A DNA stretch of 64,000 bases from an uncultured Gemmatimonadales bacterium (GTDB lineage: Bacteria > Gemmatimonadota > Gemmatimonadetes > Gemmatimonadales > GWC2-71-9). The stretch spans positions 64,001-128,000 of the forward strand of contig CAVVKJ010000009.1 in the NCBI GenBank assembly GCA_963748815.1. The letters are read 5' to 3'. Made by a program: the position numbers and the translations under genes. The notes below the pieces were generated by a model that worked only from the letters and a program-made list of their open reading frames with translations, made no database searches and was not told the DNA's origin. This document shows, piece by piece, positions 10,101 through 21,073 of the stretch (position 1 is its first letter; each line of letters opens with the position of its first letter).

Positions 10101-12614
10101 TCAGAAGAAGCAGCAGACGTAGACCACCTGGATCGAGGCGTCCACGGTTGTGACCCCATCCGAGACCCGCACCTGGAGTACCGCCGATCCGCCATCCGTC
10201 ACATTGCCGCTGATGACGCCATCCGGTGACATCGTCGACCCCACGGGCAGGACCCCCGAGAGCAGGGTCCAGACATAGGGGGGCCCTCTCCCTCCCGACG
10301 CCTGGAGCGCGGCGGTCATCGGGATGAACGGAGTGAATCGTTTGTCCGGCAGGCTCACGGTGATGGACGTCGTGACGACCCGCAGGGTGTCCCCGAGAAT
10401 CCGCAGCTCGAGCGTCGTGGCGTCGGTGAGGGCGCCGTCCGTGACACTGATGTTGAGCGAGACCGTGTCCGTGCCAATGGGCGTCCCGGAGATCAGGCCC
10501 GACGGGGTGACCTGCAGACCGTTCGGCAGTCCTCCGCTCACGGTCCACGTCAGAGTCTCGGGTGCAAGCGTCGCCATGAGTTGCACGCCGTACGGGACGC
10601 CCACGCGACCGTCGGGGAGCACCGTGGTGAGGATTTCCAGGGATTGTCCATTCGGGAGCACCTGAACCGAGAGCACCTGCTGCGCTGAATCCGTCCCGCT
10701 CCTGACCTGGACCGTGAAGGTCGAAGGACCGGCGAACGAAGGAGTCCCCGAAATCACTCCCGTCGTGGCCGCCAGCGACAGGCCTGACGGCAACGCTCCC
10801 GAAACGACGCTCCAGTTGTATGAACCGGTGGAGCCTTCTGCCGTCAACGCCTGGGAGTACGGTTCGCCGACCATCCCATCGGGAAGCGTGGTGGTGGTGA
10901 TCCTGACGGTCTCGGCGAGGCGAACCTCGAACCGCAAGGGCTCGGAATGCCCAGTCAAATTGAATTCGCTGCCACAGAAATCACCTGTCCGCTGCAACTC
11001 GACGATGACGTACACGATTTCCCCCGGGGAGACCTCAGCAATGCTCCGCAGCTCCGCCCCCTGGATCAGGATCGGTTGGGGCAGGTACGTCCCGGGGCCG
11101 GCAGGCCTGGTGGCAACGGTTGCCGGCGCGTGCCCACCACTCAAGACCCGAACCTGCAGGTCGCCACCGTCACCGCCATCGGCGCTACACGCGAGCGCGC
11201 GCGCCGGCCCGGTCAGTTCGAGAACCTGTTGCGCGCCGAGCGTGAGCGTGTCCAGCACCCGGGGGCCGGGCAGCGTGCCCCCGCCGAGCGAATCGGCGCG
11301 GCGCGCCGTCCCCCCGGCATCCAGGAGACGCCACCTCACGCCGAGGCCACAGAGTTGCGCATCACTCTGGATGTCCGCCAACGAGTACGGGCTCGCGGCC
11401 TCGGCATCGATGTAGGCGATCTCGGTGGCCACCAGCAGCCGGTGCATCTGCTGCGCGCCCGTCGCCGAGCAGGTGGCGTAGGCGATGTTCCGGAGCCGAA
11501 CGAACTGGCCCGAGACGAAGGTGGTCACGGTCACATCGAAGGGTTCGAGCTGCTGATTGAACCGGAAATTGGCCGTCAGTTTGAGGAGCTGAAGGAGCCG
11601 GTCCCGGATTATGCCCCGGAACCCCGCACTGTCGGCCACATTGAAGAGACTGATCTCCTCCTCGATCAACGGCAGGAAGGCGGTCAGCTTGTCCCCGATG
11701 GCCTGCGCCGGGTCGGTCAGTGGCTCGGGACAGCCTGCTTGCTGCAGCTCGTGGGCGGCCGTGGTGAAGCCGATCGCCGTCTCCCCCCAGCGAAGCACCT
11801 GGCGGATGCGCTCCGAGAGCCCCGGTACGCCGCCGGCGTCCGCATACGTCTCGAGGTCGCTCAACGCGAAGGAATACTGACCGCAGACCACGCGTCGCAT
11901 TTCCGACATGGCCGGCGGGATGTTCGCGTCGGCGGTGGCGACGGATCCGTAGGCGACGACCAGGCTCTGCAGCACCGAGAGAAACGCCTCGGCATTCTGG
12001 AAGCTGCCGGTGGTCTTCAGTGAGTCCGCGATGACCAGGAGCGCCGCCAGAAGATCGAGGTAGTCCTGCGAGACCACCGCGCCAGACCCCCCACCGGCAA
12101 ACGAGGACGAGGGCGAGGGGCCCCGTGCCGAAACCGGGCCGGCCCCGGATGCCCACCCCAGGTGCCGGAGGATGGTCGTGACCCTCCGACCTGAGATATC
12201 CACGAGGCTGGGCGACGGCACCGCGACGGGGCCGAGGTCGAACGTCAATGTTGCCCTCCCGTCGATCGTGACATCGGAGCCAAGCGTCGCGGAAAAGGTC
12301 ACCGGCCCGAAGAACTCGAGGCCCGCGGGGGAAAAGGTGAAGGCGGCGTACTCCCCCGCCACCGGCTCCACCGGCGAGATGGTGATGGCCACCGAGTCGG
12401 AGAGCGCACCCGCAGGGATCGAGAGCACCAGCGTCCCCCCACCCGCCAGCGCGGCCGTGACCTCGCCGCCAGCCGCGCCCACCACGGCCGTGCCGGGCGT
12501 CCCCGGCGATCCCGGGACGCCCGGCCCATCGGGTCCGGCGGAATCCGAACAGGCGCCAGCCCACACCATCGTCAGTAGCACGAGTGCGGCGCGTGCCCAT
12601 GGATGCCTCGTCAT
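10101..12614 (-). CDS. lipoprotein with ZU5-like N-terminal region and three C-terminal putative Ig (He_PIG-like) repeats
   Basis: Lipobox WAGAC; LSIPAGAL...ITI; repeats of type TTTLPDGxVGxPY...W...GxLPxGL....GxISGTP. Confidence 0.75.
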   Translation of the reverse strand: MTRHPWARAALVLLTMVWAGACSDSAGPDGPGVPGSPGTPGTAVVGAAGGEVTAALAGGGTLVLSIPAGALSDSVAITISPVEPVAGEYAAFTFSPAGLEFFGPVTFSATLGSDVTIDGRATLTFDLGPVAVPSPSLVDISGRRVTTILRHLGWASGAGPVSARGPSPSSSFAGGGSGAVVSQDYLDLLAALLVIADSLKTTGSFQNAEAFLSVLQSLVVAYGSVATADANIPPAMSEMRRVVCGQYSFALSDLETYADAGGVPGLSERIRQVLRWGETAIGFTTAAHELQQAGCPEPLTDPAQAIGDKLTAFLPLIEEEISLFNVADSAGFRGIIRDRLLQLLKLTANFRFNQQLEPFDVTVTTFVSGQFVRLRNIAYATCSATGAQQMHRLLVATEIAYIDAEAASPYSLADIQSDAQLCGLGVRWRLLDAGGTARRADSLGGGTLPGPRVLDTLTLGAQQVLELTGPARALACSADGGDGGDLQVRVLSGGHAPATVATRPAGPGTYLPQPILIQGAELRSIAEVSPGEIVYVIVELQRTGDFCGSEFNLTGHSEPLRFEVRLAETVRITTTTLPDGMVGEPYSQALTAEGSTGSYNWSVVSGALPSGLSLAATTGVISGTPSFAGPSTFTVQVRSGTDSAQQVLSVQVLPNGQSLEILTTVLPDGRVGVPYGVQLMATLAPETLTWTVSGGLPNGLQVTPSGLISGTPIGTDTVSLNISVTDGALTDATTLELRILGDTLRVVTTSITVSLPDKRFTPFIPMTAALQASGGRGPPYVWTLLSGVLPVGSTMSPDGVISGNVTDGGSAVLQVRVSDGVTTVDASIQVVYVCCFF

Positions 12615-12808
12615 TCGGTCCCCCCGGGGATTCGATCGGGTGATTGACAGATGTAGCGCGCCAACTCGAGCGCGCTGTCGAACTCCAGTTTCTCACCGCT
12701 CCCAAGCCGCTCCACGACGCCTGCCAGTCCTAGGCTCGAGCCCCGCCCCGACCAGTGCACCCGGACGACGAAATAGCCGAAGCGACCTGGGAGAAGAGGA
12801 GTTGCCAT
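12611..12808 (-). CDS. small hypothetical protein (65 aa)
   Basis: GGAGG RBS and ATG at 12808; FVVRV...GVVERLGSGEKLEF; stop overlaps the lipoprotein start (ATGA). Confidence 0.6.
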   Translation of the reverse strand: MATPLLPGRFGYFVVRVHWSGRGSSLGLAGVVERLGSGEKLEFDSALELARYICQSPDRIPGGTE

Positions 12809-12934
12809 CTCGCGGCCTCCAGCACGAATGAGGACACCTGGGAGGGCTAGCCGAACCGGCCGATGGCGCACATTATAAAGATGGATCGTCAACGGGCCGT
12901 GAGGCCGCGTCAAATGGCGCAAGGATATGGGCTT

Positions 12935-15900
12935 ATGGACGACGCACCTCGCCTCCTCACCCTCGGCCCAGTCCGGCTCGAGGGCCCCGGGGGGCCTCTC
13001 CTGGCGCGCCGGCGGAAGGAGCTCACACTCCTCACCTATCTCGCTCGGCGCCCCAACCAGACCTCCGATCGGATCACGCTGGCCACCTTGTTCTGGGGTG
13101 AGCGTGACGAGCGCCGTGCGCGCCAATCCCTCCGGCAGGCGCTCCTCGTCCTTCGTCAGGGACTCGGCGACGCGGTCGAAGTGAACGGAGAGCTGGTTCG
13201 GCTCCGTCCGGGTGCCCTCGAGGTTGACGCCTCCGCATTCGAGGCCGACGTCGCCGCTGGTCGGCTGGAGGATGCGCTCCGTCGGTGGGGCGGGGAATTT
13301 CTTCTCGGGCAGGAGGACGCCGGCACCGAGGTGTTCCGGGAGTGGGTGGAGGCGGAGCGAAGTGGCTTGCACCATGTATTCGCCGCGGCGAGTGCACGGT
13401 CGATCCAGCTGTGGCAGGAGCGGGGCGACGCGGCTGGGGCCCTCGAGGCCGCCGAGCGGTGGTGCCGCCTGAGTCCCGGCAGCGAGGACGCAGTGCGCAC
13501 ACACATGGAACTGGTCCGGGCACGTGGCAGGAATCAGGGCGAGCGAGATCTCCCCTCGGTCGGCGCGGCCGGGCTGCTGACGCCGGACCTGGTCGGACGC
13601 ACCGAGACGTTCGCGAGCCTCACGGCCGCCTGGACGCTCGCACGGGAGGGCACTGGAGTCGTGGTGCTCGTGGAGGGCGCCTCCGGATCCGGGAAGAGCC
13701 GCCTGCTCTCCGAACTCCGGCGGTTGGTGTCCGGTCGGGCTCCCCGGGCCGTCGTCGCCATGGCGCGGGGCTACGAATCCGAGCGCGAGCGCCCCTACAG
13801 CACCGCCCGATCACTCCTCGCGGCGCTGGCGAACGCCCCCGGTATCCTGGCGGTTCCACCAGATTCCCTGGGCGCCCTGTCATCCGTCTCCCCGGAGCTC
13901 AGGGAACGCATCACCGGATCCCCCGCCGCTTCGCCCCTTCCGCCGTTCGCTGACGCCTTCCACCGAGCCGTGCAGGAAGTTGCTGCCGAAGCCCCCTGCA
14001 TTCTCCTGTGCGACGATGCCGGGCTGGCGGACCCGCAATCGCAGGACGCGTTGGCTGGCCTGGTCAGACGGCCTCCGCCAGGGGTCATGCTGGTCCTGGC
14101 CGCCCGGGGAGAATCGCTCGAAGGAACGGCGCTCGCCCGAGATTTTCGTCAGGGTACCGAGGCGCTTCACCTGCGACTCGGACCGCTCGGCCTCGCGGAC
14201 GTCGAACGACTGATCACCTCGATGGTCCCCGTGTCACCCGACCTCCTCAGGCCACTTGCGAGCCAACTGCAGGCCGCCGCCGGCGGCAACCCCGGGCTGA
14301 TCGTCAGCCTGGTGGGGCTCCTCGCCGACGAAGGCACCCTGCGTCCGGACGCCCGGGGGGTATGGGAACTCACGGCCTCCGTCACCGCCGAGACGCTCCC
14401 GCTCCCGATGGACCTGCGGTCCGCGGTGGAAGTCCGCCGGACCCGGCTTCCCGATGGGGCGCGTCGACTTCTAGACGCAGCCGCCGTTTTGGGCTCCCCA
14501 TTTCGCGCCGAAGATGCGGAGGCCATCGGCGGCCTGGCACCGAGCGGCCTGGCATCGGGACTCGGCGCTCTGCTGTCACGGGGCTGGGTGCGCGAGGCGG
14601 GCGCGGGGACGCTTGAGTTCACCGGCGAGGGGAGTCGCCGAGTGGTGTACGACCTGATCTCACCTGCTGACCGCCGACGGATGCATCGTGCGGCCCATCG
14701 GAGGCTGCGCGAGGTCCCCCCACTCAGAGGCAGTGATGCCGCCCGGCTGGCGTTGCACCGGTCGCGGAGCCGCAGTCGCCTGACAGCGCCCGGGCCCCTC
14801 AGAATCGGCGCCGCCGCGCTGCTGGTGCTGGCGGCGCTCCTTGGCTGGTGGCGACGTCCCGAAGTGACACCGCAGCCGCACTCGGGCCTCATCGACCTAG
14901 CGGTAGAGCCGTTCACCGCTCCCTCCTCGGAGGCGGAAGCAGGGCTGGCGCAAGGCGTGGCCGAGCTGGTGACCCAGGCACTCAACGGCGCCGGGATAAT
15001 CCAACTCGCCGGCGGAGAGCGCAGTACCGCAACCGCGATCGTGCGAGGGCAGGTCTACGTGAACGGCGCCAGGTCGTGCTCACGGCAAGCCTGAGCAGCG
15101 CAGCAAATGGCGCCGTCGTCGGTCGCGTCCGAGCCGTGGGACCACGCACGCGCATCGATTCACTCTCGGAACTCCTGGCGGCGAGACTCCTCGCGACAGC
15201 CGCTCAGCTTGACGGCGACCGCCCGGGTGGCAAACGCGAGCCCGGCTCGGAATCGCTGGTTGCGCTGAAGGCCTACCTCAGAGGGGAGCGGCTCTACCGT
15301 GCAGGGATGCTAGCTCCGGCGCTGGACCAGATGACCGACGCGGTCCGTGCGGACAGCCAATTCGCCCGCGCCTGGTTCCGGCGGGCCCAGCTCGCCGATT
15401 GGATGCAGCTTCCGGACTCCGCGCTGCTCTCCATCCGGCGGGCGCGATCGCTCAGCGAGCGCGTCAGCGCACTCGAGCGCCGGCTGTACCCGGGGATCGA
15501 AGCGTACCTCCTCGGCGAGTTCGAGGAGAGCGAAGCGCTCTTGCGCCAAGCACTCGGTATCATGTCGGCTGACCCTGATGCGCGCGTGGCGCTCGGCGAA
15601 ACTCTTCTGCACGGCAATTGGACCCGCGGGCGGTCCATGATCAGAGCGGATGCCGAATTTCGGGAGGCACTCCGCCTCAGGCCAACCGAACCGACCGCGC
15701 GCCGTCACGCGGGGGACCTCGCCTATCGACAGGGCGACACCGTCCGCGGCGACTCGATTTTCGGGGTGGTGTTCTCCCAGATGCGACAATGGCCGCCACG
15801 GAGCATGACCCACCTCTCGGCCCTCCAAGCGTTCTCCACGAGGGACACGGCCAGACAGTCGCGCGTCCTCGACACCCTGCGCACGAGTGGGGAGCGGCTC

Positions 15901-16677
15901 GTGGTCATGGCCGTCTGGGTAGTCTCCCTCTACAATCCCGTGCCCGCCGATATCCGCCCACTCGCCGCCCTGTTGACGGCCCCCGATCGCCCCGTGTCCT
16001 CCAGCGCGCTTGGACACCGCACGCTGGCATACCTTGCCCTCGCCGAGGATGACTTCGCAAGCGCGGACCGCCACCTGAAATTGGCCGACAGCCTGGACCC
16101 CGAGGAAGCCCTGGTTCTCGAGGGATACCTCCGACTCACTGGCCGCCTCGGGACTGGCTCGGATGCCTCGCGCACAATCCTTGAACGGCTCCAAATCTGG
16201 TCGCCGGAAGGCGCAGCGCCGTCGGAACGCGTCGTTCCCGAAACGGTGCACCCGATCATCGCCCCGTCCGCCCGGAGCTACCTGCTGGCGCTCGCCGCCC
16301 TGGAGCAAGGCGACATGGCGGCAGTCGAGGCAGCGGCCCGACGACTGGAACTGGCTCGGCCCCTACTCCGCGGGCTTGAGCCCAGCCTGGCCGCCAGCCT
16401 GCGGGCCCGCGCGGCGCTCGCTCGCGGCGACACGGCACGCGCCCTCGCCTTGCTTGAGCCTTCGTGGCTCGGCATCCAATTCGAGCCGGGCCGCGCATCG
16501 CCGATTGTGTCGCGTCCCGCTGATCGCATCCTGATGGGCAACCTCCTTGCGCGGACCGGAAATCCGGAAGGGGCCCGGGGCTGGTATGCCACAATCTCCG
16601 AGCTTAGCCCGTGGGACCTGGCTTGGCTTCCGGAGGCCCAGCGGGGTCTCGCGGCGCTTGAGGACTCCGCACGTTAG
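12935..16677 (+). CDS. SARP/BTAD transcriptional regulator with AAA/STAND ATPase, TM helix, TolB-N-like and TPR domains (frameshift near 15067)
   Basis: LLTLGPVRL...LATLFWGERDERRARQSLRQAL, BTAD (FREWVEAER), Walker A GASGSGKS and TM IGAAALLVLAALLGWW; the TPR region continues in ORF 14848..16677. Confidence 0.8.
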
Positions 16678-16708
16678 ATTTCTACTTCACTCATCGCTCA
16701 GGTGCTCG

Positions 16709-17101
16709 ATGCCCAACCCCGAAGGCCGCTCCCTCCCGTTCACCGGCCCCGAGCACGTCGACGTCGCCGTGCTCGAGACCTTCCCGTACGAGGGACCCGA
16801 GCAGGAAATCGTCACCACCACCGACGAGTTCAGCGCCGTCTGCCCCTACAGCGGGCTCCCCGACTTCGCGACGCTGACCATCCGGTACGTGCCGAACGGC
16901 TCCTGCATCGAGCTCAAGAGTCTCAAGTACTACGTCACGAGCTATCGCAGCGTGGGCATCTACCAGGAGCACGCCACGGCGAAGATCGCCGAGGACCTCT
17001 ACACGGTGCTCACGCCCGAGACGCTCACGGTCGAGACGATCTACAACGTCCGGGGCGGGTTCCTCACCACCTGCAGCGTGACCCTCCCGACGCACGACTG
17101 A
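16709..17101 (+). CDS. queF: preQ0 (7-cyano-7-deazaguanine) reductase, type I
   Basis: EFSAVCPYSGLPDFA, IELKSLKYY, YQE and NVRGG. Confidence 0.93.
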   Translation: MPNPEGRSLPFTGPEHVDVAVLETFPYEGPEQEIVTTTDEFSAVCPYSGLPDFATLTIRYVPNGSCIELKSLKYYVTSYRSVGIYQEHATAKIAEDLYTVLTPETLTVETIYNVRGGFLTTCSVTLPTHD

Positions 17102-17122
17102 CGGCGGAATGGCCGGAATGCG

Positions 17123-17161
17123 GAAGAGCGGGGCGGGGAGAAATTCCCCGCCCCGCTCTTC
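17123..17161. terminator. probable bidirectional terminator
   Basis: 17-bp perfect stem gaagagcggggcgggga/tccccgccccgctcttc between convergent genes. Confidence 0.7.
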
Positions 17162-17182
17162 GTCTTTCGACCTGCTGGACCG

Positions 17183-18703
17183 CTACTTCTTGGCCAACCC
17201 CGGGCTCGGCGGCAGCACCGTGCGCGGCGTCACCTCGCGGACCGGCCCGCGCGGCAGCAAGACCGGCAGGTTGGCCAGTTCGAACGCCGTCACCGCCATC
17301 ACCGCCGAGGCCTGGCGCAGGTCGCTCGGCACCGCGTGGTCGTAGGTGTCGATCTGTGAGTGGTGGGTGTGGTTATACCCGCGGGATTCCTGGTCGAAGT
17401 TCCAGCCGGGCACGCCGTAGGGAATGAACGAGAGGTGGTCGGTCCCCCCCTTGTTCCCCTCGCGCACCTTCCCCGCACCGAGCGCGGCGACGGGCGCCAG
17501 CAGGTCGGTCCAGAGTTGTGCATCCTGGTTGCGACCCTGCAGCGCCATGCCGGTGATCATGCCGGTCCCGTTGTCGAGCACCAGCACCGCCTGGATCTTG
17601 TCCATCTCCCCCGCGTGCTGCGCGGCGTACGCCGCCGACCCGAGCAGTCCTTCCTCCTCACCGCTGAAGAGGATGAACCGGATGGTCCGCTTCGGCTTGA
17701 GCCCGCTCGCCTTGATGACCCGGGCCGCCTCCATCACGACCATCGAACCGGTGGCGTTGTCGGTGGTCCCGGTGCCGAGATCCCAGCTGTCGAGGTGGGC
17801 GCCGAGGATGACGACTTCGTCCGGCCATTCCGTCCCCTTGATCTCGCCGATGGTGTTCCACTGGGTGACCGGCTTGGTGCCGAGCGTGTTGTCGACCCGT
17901 CCGGAAACCCTCGGCGTGACCCCGTGCTCCAGCAGCCGGGAGAACTGGGCGTAGTCCTCGTGCGCGATGACCACGTTGGGCAGCGGCGACACGCTGTAGG
18001 GCGAGCCCGACATGTTCATCAGGCCGAATTCCTTCCCCGCGTCGGTCAGGACGCCGAGGGCGCCGGCGTTCTTGAGCAGGTAGTTGCGGTCCACCGCGAA
18101 CTGGCGCCGGGCCTGGCGCGCCGCCGCGGAGGTATCAGCCGGTGCGGCCCGGAAGGCGGCCATGCGCGCCTCCCGTTCCGCCTGCGCGGCGGCCGAGTCG
18201 GCGGCGGTCATCGGCGGGCCGTCCGGATTCCAGATGTCGGCGGCGGGCCGGAGCATGAGCCAGGCGCCCTTGATCCTGTCCTGGTAGACCGCCAGGCTCT
18301 CGGCCGTCGACACGTCGACCAGCACGACCGGCCCGGTGAGCGTCTTGCCGCCGGTGCCCGCGGTCCACGCCCAGCTGTGCGCCGTCAGGTTGCGGGGAAA
18401 GGGCGCCTCGATGCGGAACGCGATCGGCCCCCGCTCCCAGGTGACGCCGTACTCCCACGCCTCCTGCGTGGCCGTGAGGCCGTAGAGCTTGAACTGGGCC
18501 TCGGTCCAGTCGTTGGCCTGCTTCATCGCCGGCGAGCCGGTCAACCGGGGGCCGATGACGTCGGTCAGGAACTGCAGGGTGGTCATCACCTGGGACTTGT
18601 TCATCGCCTCGCCGATCAGGACGCCGGTGCCGGCGGTGTCCACCGTCTGCGCGGCGAGAGGCGTGCTGACGAGGGCGAGCAGGAGGAGCATCCGTCGTGT
18701 CAT
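17183..18703 (-). CDS. secreted M28-family peptidase (carboxypeptidase Q-like)
   Basis: Signal peptide; GPRLTGS, GAHLDSWD, DNATG, GEEEGLLGS, TDH and HHSQID. Confidence 0.9.
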   Translation of the reverse strand: MTRRMLLLLALVSTPLAAQTVDTAGTGVLIGEAMNKSQVMTTLQFLTDVIGPRLTGSPAMKQANDWTEAQFKLYGLTATQEAWEYGVTWERGPIAFRIEAPFPRNLTAHSWAWTAGTGGKTLTGPVVLVDVSTAESLAVYQDRIKGAWLMLRPAADIWNPDGPPMTAADSAAAQAEREARMAAFRAAPADTSAAARQARRQFAVDRNYLLKNAGALGVLTDAGKEFGLMNMSGSPYSVSPLPNVVIAHEDYAQFSRLLEHGVTPRVSGRVDNTLGTKPVTQWNTIGEIKGTEWPDEVVILGAHLDSWDLGTGTTDNATGSMVVMEAARVIKASGLKPKRTIRFILFSGEEEGLLGSAAYAAQHAGEMDKIQAVLVLDNGTGMITGMALQGRNQDAQLWTDLLAPVAALGAGKVREGNKGGTDHLSFIPYGVPGWNFDQESRGYNHTHHSQIDTYDHAVPSDLRQASAVMAVTAFELANLPVLLPRGPVREVTPRTVLPPSPGLAKK

Positions 18704-18785
18704 CGGTCGAAACCTTCCGTTGGGAGACAGAGGTCAGGGGAAGCGTGAGATATATCGCGTGGGGGCCCGGAACGCGAGGGGACGG

Positions 18786-19691
18786 TCAGCCTTCCCCGAC
18801 CAGGCTGGTCGCGATGGCCCGGAGCCGGTCCACCTCGGGGAGGGCCGCAATCCACCGTTCGGGAATCGCCGCCTCGCCGTCCCGGGCGCCCAGGAGGCCG
18901 CCGGCCACGGCGGCGTTGGTGTCGGTATCGCCCCCGGCGTTGGCCAGCCAGATGAGGGCCGATTCGAGCTTCGGCTCGTGCCACGCCGCCCAGAGCGCGA
19001 TCTCCACGCAGCTGACGGCATCCCCGGCCCGGTCGCCGAGAATCGGCAGCTCCTCCCGCCGCTCGAGCGGCACGCGCCGGACGGCGGCCAGCAATTCGGG
19101 CGGTGCCTCGTTGACGCGCAGCACCTCGATCACGTCGGCGAGGAAGTCCCGCCGACCCGCCAGCAGCTCCGCGGCCGCGACGTTCACCGCCACCGCGCCC
19201 CAGGTGCAGCGGTCGTCGGGATGGGTGAGCGCCGCGGTGTGCCAGGTCCCGGCCACCAGATTGCGCGGGGAACCCCGCGTGGCGAGGGCGACGGGGAGGG
19301 CGCGCATCACCGCCCCGTTGGGCGCGCGCCCCCCGGTACCCGATGGGGGGGAGCCGTGGGTCCGGATGTGGTTGAGCGCGGTCCGGGTCCAGGTTCCGGC
19401 CCCCCGGCCATCGGCGTCGAGCCAGCCGATCCAGCGGTGGGCCAGGCGCTCGAGGTCGACCTCGCCGGCCAGGAGCTCCTCGGCGAGGAGGAGCGCCATG
19501 GCGACGTCATCGTCGAAGGGGCTGGCCGGCGTGTCCCGGCGCAGGATGTCGCGCACACCGCCGGGGAACTCCAGCAGGATTGCCTCGGGCCGCCCGAGCA
19601 ACTCGGTAGGCACACCAAGGGCGTTCCCCGCGGCGTGCCCGAGAAGGGCGCCCCGGGCGCGCTCGGCGATGGTGAGGGAGGCGGAAGGCAT
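18786..19691 (-). CDS. ADP-ribosylglycohydrolase family protein
   Basis: GALLGHAAGNALG, FDDD, NGAVMR, ALTH and GGDTDTNAA. Confidence 0.88.
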   Translation of the reverse strand: MPSASLTIAERARGALLGHAAGNALGVPTELLGRPEAILLEFPGGVRDILRRDTPASPFDDDVAMALLLAEELLAGEVDLERLAHRWIGWLDADGRGAGTWTRTALNHIRTHGSPPSGTGGRAPNGAVMRALPVALATRGSPRNLVAGTWHTAALTHPDDRCTWGAVAVNVAAAELLAGRRDFLADVIEVLRVNEAPPELLAAVRRVPLERREELPILGDRAGDAVSCVEIALWAAWHEPKLESALIWLANAGGDTDTNAAVAGGLLGARDGEAAIPERWIAALPEVDRLRAIATSLVGEG

Positions 19692-19783
19692 CGGCGCACA
19701 AACGTAACCGGCTTTGCCCCGGCCTGCCTCCCGGCTATTTTTCCCCCGTCACCGCAATGCCTTCTCACCATAAGGACCGCTCT

Positions 19784-21070
<1,287 letters not shown>

Positions 21071-21073
21071 GCG

